Assembly: GCF_006345805.1 (NCBI RefSeq)
Contig: NC_043001.1
Span: 40,486,001 to 40,550,000, forward strand
Direction: 5' to 3'
DNA from: Octopus sinensis
Taxonomy: Eukaryota
Length of the DNA stretch: 64,000 nucleotides
A program made the translations under genes and the position numbers. Numbering within the stretch: the first letter of the stretch is position 1; every line of letters begins with the position of its first letter. Below the pieces are notes generated by a model. The model had not been told where the DNA came from and ran no database searches. It saw only the letters and a program-made list of their open reading frames with translations. This document shows, in pieces, positions 12,277 through 24,704 of the stretch.

Positions 12277-15200
12277 GTATGAACTTTTTGTTTCTCATTA
12301 ATCCTTCTGATACCAACTTACCTGAGACTATCCCTGGTTCTATGATAAAAACTTCCTGTTTTAAAGAGTTCTGAATTAAAACCTCCCCTCAAAATTTCAT
12401 GCCAATTTATGTCCCACAACAGTTTAATAATGATTAAATTATTTTACTAAATTCTTCATTATTTTCAAAATTAATTGAAACAAAGATAGGAATATTTCAA
12501 AAGGAATATAACAAATGGTTTAAACTTTGGGGTACAGTTTTTTTTTTAATTATTAAGAATATCAGTTTTAATTGAATATGATCAGCTGGTGATTTAATGG
12601 TTTTGGTTCCAGTGACTATTTTAAATACTTGTTGAGAAATGATATAATTTTTTACTTCATGTGGCTATATAAAAATATCTAGTAAAATGCCACTTAGAGG
12701 AAACTGCGTGACATCAAGTTGATGGAATCGGTTATGAAAGTTACTGAAAGATTAGATTTAGAAACAGAATTAGTCTAAATGAGATGTTGTTCAGGTTTGT
12801 GCCAGGCAGGGTACTACTGATGCTTTCTTTTAAGTGAGACGACTGCAGAAGTAGTCCTTAGCTAGGAGTATACTGCTGTACATAGTATATCTTGTCTTTG
12901 AGAAGGGCTTTGACAGTGTACCATTCTCTGAAAAGTGGTTATTTAGGAAACTTGAATGTTTTTTGTGGGTTGTGCAAGCAATGTATAAAGGGTCAGTCAG
13001 CAAGGTGAGAGCAAGAAATTTAATGTGTAAGGGTCCCCTCACTTGCATATTAAATATAATGTTCAGTATAATCTTCTAGGCTATTAGAAAGAAGTTGAGA
13101 CAAGCTATCCATGTAACTGCTATGTGCTGATGACCTAGTTTTTATTGTGAATCTGTTATAGAATTAAGACAGGAAATTCCAGATGTGCAAGCAAAACCTA
13201 GGCTTAAAAGTTCTCAAAGTGCTGTCATCAAAATCTGAAGGTAGAAATTCCACTGTGCCCAGTGTAAACTATGGAGGCAAAAGAGTGGTAGTGAGATCAC
13301 AGGGACAGAGAAATAGATTTTGTATGTAAGCGATGCACAAAACACATGAAATAGATCTTCTCAAATACTTGAACAGCTCTCTGGAAGTAATTGCTGGCTT
13401 CTGTTACTTTGGGGACCTAATTAGCAGTGGAGGGAAAGGTATATTCTGAAAGCATAATGACAGTTAATACAGGTTAGAAAAAGCTTATAAAGCTATTCTA
13501 CTGCTAACAGGGAGTTTTTCTCTTAGAATGGAGGGCAGACTTATGATGATTGTGGATAAACTGAAATGCTACATGGTAGCAAGACATGGGGCTTGAATGT
13601 AAGGCATGGACCTTTAAATGAAATACCTTTTAAATCTTGCCACAAGTATTGTTGTTTCTCTTAAGGAAGGTGTTCTATTTGTACTGAATATTTGAGTTTC
13701 TTTTAACTGTCTAAATTTTGAACAAGAATACACTTATGCATGATAGTGTGAACTTTAGTTAGGAAAAATATTTTTTCTAACTAAAGATCTGTACATATAA
13801 CTTCTGATTTAAATATATTTAATTTGTTCAAAAGTTTAATAGATGAATTCAACCAAGCTAAATTCCTAAGGCATGGAAGGCCAATATATGAAAGCAGTAT
13901 GGTGTAACTTTATAAAGTAGTATTATTGTATGATTGTAAATCTTTTCTTCTAAGTAAATAACTATAAATTTACTTATATTGTATAATTGTATACTGATAC
14001 ATATGATAAAATTAATATCTATATGAATAAGTGACCAATAGAATAGGTACCAGGCTTAAATAAAAAGTACTGGAGTTGAGTCATTCAACTAAAAATCGTT
14101 CAAGGTGGTGCCTCAGCATGGCTGCTGTCTCATGACAGAAACAGATAAAAGAAAAGATTCAATATTTTTTGTTTAGCTATGAAACTGTGTATTAGGTAAA
14201 TTCTAAAAATTGAAAACAGAGTTAAAATTGAACTGATTTGATAATTTCATTAAGTTTTATACTAATATTAAATGACATTTTTGTTACAGTCCAGAATATA
14301 ATTGATTGGAAAATTTACTTTAAAATAAAATCCTTATTTTAAATCATTAACTTAATAGTTTATGTATTAAATTGGTTACATTACTAATTAAATTAGTTAT
14401 AGATTGTTTTCCGTGTACAGAAATTTGTTTTTATGCAGGAGAAATTTATAGTTTATTTCTAAATTATTGTACTTGTGAATTTATACATTTAAATTGGTTT
14501 ACATTCTATTTTAAATTTGTTTTTTAAGATTTTGGCCCAGTTGAAGTTCCACCAATAATTGAGAGTGTAGCTACCTATTCACATGATGGACCAAGGCTCA
14601 TGATCAGTCATATAGAAAATTATTTCTTCAAGTCTTATGCTAACACACAAATTATTGGACCATTTCACAAGGTAATTCATATTCAATTTCAGAATCAATT
14701 GTATTCTACAGATGAAAATTGTTACTTTTATGTAACAAGCTAATTATTAGAGATGTATGATATCAAATATTAAAATGACTGAGAATATATTAGGTTTTAG
14801 TGAAAATACAATCCTTGATCAGGTAAATAAGCCACAGGACTTTAACCCTTTCGTTACTATATTTCTGACCAAAATACACCCCTCATGAGTTTCAATTAAA
14901 TTCTAAAATAATCATGAATCTAGGCTTGTTTCATTAAATAACTGTAACTTTTTTACTTTTATCAACATATTAATGTGATATTTGGAACATAATTAAAGAA
15001 AGGATTCTTAATCAATTCTATTGCATAACTTTTGTCTCAAAGTGACTTTAATTACAGGTAAATCCAGGTAAATTGAGCAAAAGGTAAAAATATTAAAATT
15101 TTAAATTGAGCAAAAGATAAAAATATTAAAATTTTGTTTAAACATCACCATAGAAAATGAATAATCAGCTAATATTCAAATGGGTATGCAACAAAATTTT

Positions 15201-18200
15201 GATAAAGAAGAAATGTGCACATCACTATATCATCAGTTGAATTTAATGCACAACAGGTGTACCATAAAGCCGTAAGTTTGACCAAACTAAAGAAATCAGT
15301 CAAAAAATGATATACGGCCCTGGTTATGGTATGGAAGTGATAAATTCCAGACCACATCGTTCCCTAGGCCATGCTGACTAACATTATTTTCCCTGTATAA
15401 AAACTAAATCCACAGCAGTACCCAGTATTTGCTTCACAAATTTTGCAAACTTTGATCCCCGATTTTGTGTTTTGTTTACATTCTGCGTAAATTTGTTTTG
15501 GCATTGATCACTTCAAACAATAACTTCCAGACCACATCATACCCTAAGCCATGCTGACTAACATTAGTTTCCCTGTATAAAAACTAAATCCACAACAGTA
15601 CCCAGTATTTGTTTCACAAATTTTCCAATTCGGAATCAATGCTTGATAACATGAAACTCCTATCCATTTTCAAAGTTGAAGAAAAATCGATGCCGAAAAA
15701 AATGTGGAAAAAAATCTCCCAAAATTCAGGGAATTAAAATTACACGTCGATCGTTGTACAAAACTGTAGATTAACTGTTTACGAAGCATAATCATGTGTT
15801 TTCACGAATGTACTAAAGAGATTTGCTCTGATATTCTCATTTAAATATGAATAGGTAAATTCGGGCGGTTTGGTCACATTAACCAAAATTTTTTTCGGGC
15901 GGCTTTGGGCGGTTTGGTAACGAAAGGGTTAAAGAATTATTACAATAACTGTGATAACTTGAGTAAAGATTTTCTCAAATTTTGTACATGGAACTAGCCT
16001 TAGATTACCAGTCTATAAATTCTAAGCAAATCTAGCATAATTGAATTAAATTGTGATCATAAGTAAGTGATCTATGAGTTGTTTGGTAGCATACAACTCT
16101 GAAATCTAGTCATTATTATCTAATCCTTATACAACAAATAATTATTTGTTATATATTGTATATGATTTAAACTGAGTACTGTACTTGGCTTGTTTGCAGT
16201 AGAGGAATCATTTGATTACCTATTTATTAGATCAGTGATAATATATTTGGACCTATCCTGTAACCTCAACTAAATGGAACAAGATGATCATATAATTGAT
16301 AAGCAACTTAGTGCTTAAACATCTTAATGCTCAGATTTGTGTTTACATGTATTTTTCATCCCTTCAAAATATGTTTTATTCTTGACAGTTGTATGCTGAG
16401 AATAATTTTAAATGGAAGTTGTTCATTGCTTAAAAGCAGTCATGGGCAAACTGCAGCCTGCAGGATTTTCTGAATGGCACATCTAATGAAAAAAATTACC
16501 TTATATTTTAGTAGTGCAGCCTGCCTGATGAGTAGCCATGGCTCATGTGGCCTGCTTCTCAAAAAATGGTTGCTCATGCCTGCTTTCAAGTTAAGCTATC
16601 ATATTATTTTTATAGACAACATATTATTTATTTTTTTCCTGTAAGTTTCTTATTTCTTCTTTTATCAGTGCTTTACTTCCATTGTTGGTCCAAATGGTAG
16701 TGGCAAGTCTAATGTTATCGATTCAATGCTGTTTGTCTTTGGTTACCGTGCCAACAAGATCCGTTCAAAGAAAATCAGTGTTTTAATCCACAATAGTCAA
16801 CAGTATCCAAATGTTGAAAGCTGTACTGTTAGTGTTCATTTCCAGAAAATCATTGATACAGGAGTAAGTGTAATAATTTTTCATATAATTTTATTTTATT
16901 TTAATGTTGGCAACAATTAACTTGTGTTATTTATGGTCCCTGATTATTTTCTTTGAGACTATTTAATTTGATATTAATCACAGTTTACCAAATACTAAAC
17001 ATGGACTTTAAAAGTCCATGTATAGTATGTTGCTATGTGTATGTACTTTGATGTTTTTAAAGTTTGAATTATCTTAAAACTATATAATACAGTAATGCCT
17101 TGATACATGAGTTAACTTGTTCCCAGAGACTGCTCGTATAGCGAAAACCCATAAAGCAGAACACTAATTTCCCATAGTAACAATGTTATGAATTGTAATT
17201 CATTTCCCAAAAAGTATTTTATCTATAAAATTTATAATACTTCTAAATAAATGGCAATAAAACAACAGTAGAATGTAAAAAATATTTTATGAAAAGTAAA
17301 AAGAATGTCTGGATCATTTCTATAAAAAATTATTATTATAATCATTTTCTGAATCACTTTCACTTGCACTAGACTTGTGCACTCCATCACTTGTAGACAC
17401 GATCACTGATTTACAAAGCACCTGTAGATTTCTTTTTAAAAAGCAAGTCTAGAGTTGTTTACTTAGAGGAAGCTTTTTTCCGCTCTCTATAAATTCTTCA
17501 GTAACATGCAGAAGCAGTTATAGTAGAAACTTTTGCACTTCGTTCAAAATTTGGATCTTGTGCTTGAAAAATAAAACTCATAAACCCAGGGTCTCGTAAA
17601 CTGAGTTATTGTATTACTATACATATATTCAATGGTGTGTGCACAACTGGCTTCAAGTGTAGATAATTCATTGTAATTCTAGATAGTTTTTGTCAATGTG
17701 AGAACCAGAGGTGTGAGGTTTTCCTAATTTCAAGACTGTTCAAAACATAATAGATTAGCTGTGAGATGCTTCATTGTGAGCAAATGTTACATTAGATTGT
17801 GGAGGTAGCTCAAGAAGTACTTAAAATTATACAAAAGTTCAAAAAAGCATACAGTGGGAGAAAATATCTTTCCCATTTGTAGAAGAGGATGTATTAAGAT
17901 TACAAATAGTAGGATAGAGAATGTTGGGTTCTAATGTCAGTGTTGACTACTGGCATTAGAATCCACTTGGCTTTAGCTATTATAAATTTCAAGCTAACAC
18001 AGAAATAGTACTTTTTCTTTTAATGAATCAACAGCTGTTCAGTACCAGGAGCCAAACTAATATGATACTGAAATTTTGTAAAGAATATGAAGGAAAACTG
18101 CTAAACTACCAAAATATGAAAGAAGAATGGCTATTCTTTCAGTCCCACTGAGGATACCAACTAATCTTGCTTTCTGCTGATTGTAAGATTGTGACTGTGA

Positions 18201-21200
18201 AGATTAATAGCCTTGAAAAAAATCATTTACTGTTATACTCAGCTGTTTGGCTTATGGTTCCTATGTACCACCTTATATAATCTTAAAAAAGAAAAATTAT
18301 TGTCTGTACAGTTCTTGTGGGTTTACATCCAGGGACATGAAGAAAGTTGGACACAAAGTGGACCTTGGATTGCATCAAGAGTGTTTAGGTTAGGCAGGGA
18401 ACATTGAGCAGAAAACTACTGACTCTTGATGTCTTTAGGTGTCATAGCATGCAGAAGGTTAAGAACAATAAAGTAAACTTGCCCATCAAATTTACTTTAT
18501 GGTGGTGCAATGAGTATGGTGCAGGTAATGGATATAATAACAAATCTGTTGAGCAAGGTGTTTAATAGCAGTGTAATACCTTGATGGTAGAAGGAAAACA
18601 CACATCCATTGGCCACTAGACAAAAACAGATTATTCTACAGTTACTACTTGGGGTAGAGATGCTTGGCTGAACAAATGTCTCCAGAGACAAATGATTTGT
18701 TCATTTTTCAATGCTAGTATGGATTAGATGAATGCATACTATTGAAGCCTTAGTTGTTCTTTGTGTTGCTAATCGTTTCCTGTTTTTTAAATAAGAGAGA
18801 TTTAGTTTCCATTTGTCTTTGAACTTTCATTGTTACCAGATGATTCATTTACAAAGAAATTTCAACATGTTATCATCTATAGTTGAGCTCTCATGCACCT
18901 AAAATGTGTTTTATGTCATTTCTGTATACTAATTTCTCCCACAGTGGAGGCGTGAGGTTTAGTTGTTAGGGTGTTGGACTCATGATCATAAGATTATGGT
19001 TTTGATTCCCGGACCAGGCGATCCGTTGTGTTCTTGAGCAAAAGACTTCATTTCACGTTGCTCCAGTCCACTCAGCAGGCAAAAAGGAGTAATCCTGTGA
19101 CGGTCTGGTGTCCCATCACGGTGGGGAATATATATGCCATTGAAACCAGGAGACTGGCCCTCATGAGCCTGGCATGGCTCAAGGAGGAAATATTTATTTT
19201 TATTTTAATTTCTCTCACAAAACTTTGGTTGGCCTGGGACTATATCAGACTCTTGTTCAAAGTGCTGTGTTAAACACATGGTTGTAAAGCAAACTTCTTA
19301 ACCATACAGCCATACCTCTGTTTATATGAAAGGTGATTTTTGAAATGGTGTGTCTCAAATGCTTTGGACAGAAACTAAGATAACATTGTGGGGAAAAAGA
19401 GAGGAATAGTAAAACTGACAGAATATGGGGACAACAACCTTATATTACAATGATGCCAAGGAACAGTTGGTCCAGTGTATAGAAGAGTAACAAAGAAGAA
19501 TCTGGATGATAAAATAAATATATTCAACATCTCAATATATACATTGGTGCAGGCATAGCTATGTGGTTAAGAAGCTTGCTTCTCAATCATGTAGTGTTCT
19601 GTTCAATTCCACAGTGCAACACCTTGGGCCAAGTGTCTTTGACTGTAACCTTGGGTAAACTGAAGCTTTGTGAATGGATTTGGTAGAGAGAAACTGAAAG
19701 GAGCCAATCGTGTGTGTGTGTGTATACTCATGTCCTTGATACCACTGTCATACAAGTGATATTTGTTTCCAGTCATCTGTGAAAAATGTGTGGCTATGGG
19801 GAAATATTACTTTATTTGGAAACAGGTGAGGGTTGGTAACAGGAAGGGTATCCAGCTGTAGAAAATCTGACTCAATGACTGACCCATGCAAGAATGGAAA
19901 ATTAAATGTTAAAATAATGATATATTCATGTCTGGATTTTTGCCATAGCACATGCAAAAATACAGTAGACTGTATATTTTGTTATACTTATGAATCTTCT
20001 ATGTTAATATAATATGTGTTACTAAATATTAAAGGTTTAATACTATGCATTATATGTTCCCTTAATATTGTTTTTCTTTTTTTTTGTTAGATGGTCTGCA
20101 TGCTATACATGGGGTTCTATGGAACCATGTTGATAAATATATTTCCATTATAACATGCTCTTTTTAGGATGATTTATTTTTGTGAAAAATTGGATTTTTA
20201 CTTTAGTGGTTTTGACTTTGCCTGTTAAAAATTTCATAGTCTTGAGGATTTTGTCTTATGCCATACCAGTCAACAGTTGTATTAAATGAGCCAACGAGAG
20301 GAGCCTTTAGGTGGTTACTTCACTTACTAAAAATACTAGCCTATTATTTAGAGACAACCGTTCATACTATATGGTTGATGGTAAGTGAGAGATATATTAA
20401 GAAATTGCATCCCTGTTGTGTCGGTGTAGGTGTCGGTGGCACATAAGAAAACACCATCCGAGCGTGGCCGTCTGCCAGCCTCGTCTGGCACCTGTGTCGG
20501 TGGCACATAAAAAACACCATCCGAGCGTGGCCGTCTGCCTGTGTCGGTGGCACATAAAATCACCCACTACACTCTCGGAGTGGTTGGCGTTAGGAGAGGC
20601 ATCCAGCTGTAGAAACACTGCCAGATCTGACTGGCCTGGTGCAGCCTTCGGGCTTGCCAGACCCCAGTTGAACCGTCCAACCCATGCTAGCATGGAAAGC
20701 GGACGTTAAACGATGATGATGATGATGATGATGTGTGGTGGTGATATTGATCTTGACCATGACTGGTTTCTTATCTTACAAGTAAGATTTTCAGAAACAC
20801 GTTCTCTTAAATTCCTCCTACTTTTTAATAATTTTCATTATATTTTTCATAGATTTCCTGAGTGACATTTACTATTTGTGAGTTTTATGGCAAGTGAAGT
20901 TTAATAAATGTGATTATTGGGCTGAATAGTCTTGAGGGTTTGTCTTGTGCCACATCAGTCAACAATTATATTAAATGAGCTAATAAGAGGAGCCTTTACA
21001 TGGTTACTTCACTTATTAAAAATCTACCCTAATATTCCTCAAATTACACTGTACTATCTTGAAAAAGGAGAGACAATTTGAATATAAAATGCGATGCCTG
21101 ATAGAAAATTGTGATGATACCTTAGATCATAAGTCTACTCTTTCAGGACTGACCTGGGGTTGAACAAACACTATGTTAATTATATCAGAATTCAATGAAA

Positions 21201-24200
21201 AGAAAATAACATTTGACCAATTCTTATTTTGTAATGTCTTTTGCATTTTTGCAGCCTGGCGATGAAGAATATGAAGTAGTCCCTGATTCCAAGTTTGTTG
21301 TCTCAAGAGTGGCATTTAGAGACAACAGTTCATACTATATGGTTGATGGTAAGCGAAAGACATATAAAGAAATTGCAGCCCTGTTGCGTGGTAGTGGCGT
21401 TGATCTTGACCATAACCGGTTTCTTATCTTACAAGTAAGATTTTCAGAAACATGTTCCCTTATATTCCTCCTACTTTTTAATAATTTTCATTATATCTTT
21501 TTGTATGAAATGTGAGTTTTTCAACCAATGTTATTTAAAGTAATCTTTAATTCCTTCAAAATTAAAATTTTATTTAATTTCCATACTGCATTGTGGAATA
21601 TTCTGCTCATCTTCATCTCTATATTTACTTATTTTTTTATTAATATCTCAACAATTTCATCAGTTCAAAAATCACAAATTTGGATAAATTTAGCTTTCTG
21701 TAGAATGTCAGTACCTTTTTTTCAATCATTGGATTGTGATTATGCTGAAAGACCACCTTGAGGGGTTTTTAGTATAACAAATCAACTGCAATACTTATTT
21801 TTTAGGTTTGGAACTTATTCTATTGGTCTGTTTTACTGGACCACTAAGTTAGTGGATGTAAACAAACCAACACCAATTGTCAATTGTCAAGCACAGACAT
21901 AGACACATTCAGCAGGCTTCCATGCAATTTCCATATGCCAAATTCACTCACAAGGCAATGGTTGACCTGAGGCTATAGTAAAAGATACTTGCCTCAGGCA
22001 TCACACAGTGGGACTGAACCCAAAGCCTTGTGCTTGGAAAGCAAACTTCTTAACCTCACATACAGCCATGTCTATTTGGAAAAGCAATTTTTTTTCTTTT
22101 TATGTTAAGTAATTAAAAGCTAATTTGGATATGGCACTGAACTACTTGTAAGAACTAGTCTTGTTTTCACTGTCATGAATTTGATTTCAGTTATTGATAT
22201 TGTGTTGTTTTAGACGTTAGTGTACTTACTTGCTTTTGTGAAGTTTGGTGTAGGTACTATTACAAACTGAAATGAGGAAATATCTTTGGTTTGAATACTG
22301 CTTGACTAAGACCAGTTTACAATTGTGCAAATTTTTACTAAAATTAATATGAAATGCAAACACACACAATTGCATGCATATCGCATACATATTTTGTTCT
22401 GAAATGATTTTCTTTAGATGGAATAAAAATGAAAACTTACATGTTGTTTTTCTTTGTATATATAGGGAGAAGTTGAGCAAATTGCCATGATGAAGCCCAA
22501 AGCTGAAAATGAACACAGTGAAGGGATGCTTGAATTTTTGGAAGATATTGTTGGAAGCAGTCGATTCAAAGAACCCATTGAAATCATGTCGAAACGTGTA
22601 GAAACTTTGAATGAACTTCGTGGAGAAAAGGTTTTTGTTTTCTTTTTTACCATCTCAATACTTTAGTTGTCAATATTTGGTACTTTTAAGGCAGCAAGGT
22701 AGCAGAATTGTCAGTACACCTGCAAAGTGCTTAGTGGCATTTTGTATGTCTTTAATTTCTGAGTTCCAATTCTACTGAGGTTGACTTCGCCTTTTATCCT
22801 TTCAGGGTTTGATAAAATTAGTACCAACTGAGTATTGGGGTTGATGTGGTTTTAGAGTCAAGTTTTGGCTGCTATTTCCAGTATGGTGGTATCTCTTAGA
22901 TACCCTAAATTATGATTTTATATATTTAAATGTATATATCATTTCCATGCTGGCATGGGTTGGACAGTTTGACAGGAGCTGGCCAGGCAGGAGCCTGCAT
23001 CATGTTTCTGCATATATTTTGGCTTGGTTTTTATGGCTGGATACTTTTCCTCAAACTACCCGCTCTGCAGAGTGGGCTGAGTATATATATATATTTATTG
23101 CAGTTATTTATTTAAAAAAATCCTTTTGAGACTTTTGGTATGTGTAACCAAAAAGGCCAAAATTTTTTTCTATTGAAAGACAATCGCTGATTAGCTATGA
23201 CACTTCAAAACCAACCATTCACAACGTTTGTTCCATTGGGCTGATGGATCAGCTTCAAAGTCCTTTCAGCTTGTATCATTTGGGCCTATCAATTGACCTA
23301 GGTGTCTCAAGAGGGTTAAGTAAGTACTTTTAAATAAGTTGGCATTTGTTATACGTATATCTGGTGATAATTTCATCTGACCAAATCAAAAGGAACCCGG
23401 CATAGTCCACAATTTAGAACATGAGTAGTGCTGTACTCTGTCCTTGGAAGCAACAATTGACTCTCAAGAATCCAGTTCCGCTTACTAGACATAGGGATGT
23501 TGAAGCTTATTTCTGACTGTAACAGAGACTGATTGCATGTATTATTAGGTTTCAGGTTTAGCTGAAATCATCTAATGGACCTGGGTGGCTACTTGTAACT
23601 ATTGTAGGGTATTCTTCCTATTTGAAAGCAGTTAATTATATCTTCTAAATTAAAAGTAAAGCTTTCAGTAGTAAATTACCTTAAGTCTGTATTATCTTTT
23701 ATTTCTAAATTTACATCACATTCTGTGGAGATTTCAAATATCCACTCTGGTGATCTTTAGTTTATTCTGAAAATCAGTTCCTTTAAGTTAATGTCAAATA
23801 TCATAAGTTATATAATCTTGAAATTATTTCAATTATGACTCTGTCCATTATCTGTATGATGTTTTTGTTAACATATAAATCTGCAATGTTTAATGATTAA
23901 TGTTTTTAATAATGTAAATAATTTTATTGCTAATTTACTGATGATATGTTGAAATATTGATTTAGAAGATAGTTACAATACTTCAATCAGAAAAAAGTGA
24001 AAGGCAAAAATAAAAAAAAAAAGAAGACATTTTCTTTCTTTTTTTTGTTGTTGTCCTGATTGGAAAGTTTTGAAGTTTTAATATGTGATAGATTGCTGTT
24101 TTCTTTGCTGTCAAATTGTAAGACAGGATGTCATTGAGAGTTGCTTAAATATGATTAGTAAGGAAATGAAGTGATAGCAGCAATCCATCACTGATAGTTA

Positions 24201-24673
24201 CTAAGATGTTAGTTTATGTTAATCACAGTGCAGGAAGATGCTATCTGCTTTGTAGTATCATTGTTAACTGCAGTGAGGGCAAAGGAGATGTACTGGAGAG
24301 GTGCAAAAACAGAAGCTTCAAATTAATACATTAAAAATCTTAAGTAGTTTGTTGTTTTAGAAAAAGCTTCACTTTGATAACATGGAGTTTAGGTTGTGAC
24401 AGATAGAGGAATTCCAAAAACAAATATTCCTAGTGAGACAACTACAACAGTTCTTATATGATTTCTATTTTACTTGTTTCAGTCATTTGACCGCGGCCAT
24501 GCTGGAGCACCGCCTTTAGTTGAGCAAATCGACCCCGGGACTTATTCTTTGTAAGCCTAGTACTTATTCTATCGGTCTCTTTTGCCGAACCGCTAAGTGA
24601 CGGGGATGTAAACACACCAGCATCAGTTGTCAAGCAATGCTAGGGGGACAAACACAGACACAAACACATACAC

Positions 24674-24704
<31 letters not shown>

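Noticed and set aside
15345-15624. Direct repeats with spacer, and the tandem units at 20430-20545, as CRISPR-like arrays
   Set aside because: Only two units each, inside transposons, in eukaryotic DNA with no cas genes.
16524-16560. CTGATGAG as a second hammerhead core (also at about 1105 and 4747)
   Set aside because: No stem II followed by GAAA and no stem I/III; the 16.5-kb one lies inside a hAT MITE.
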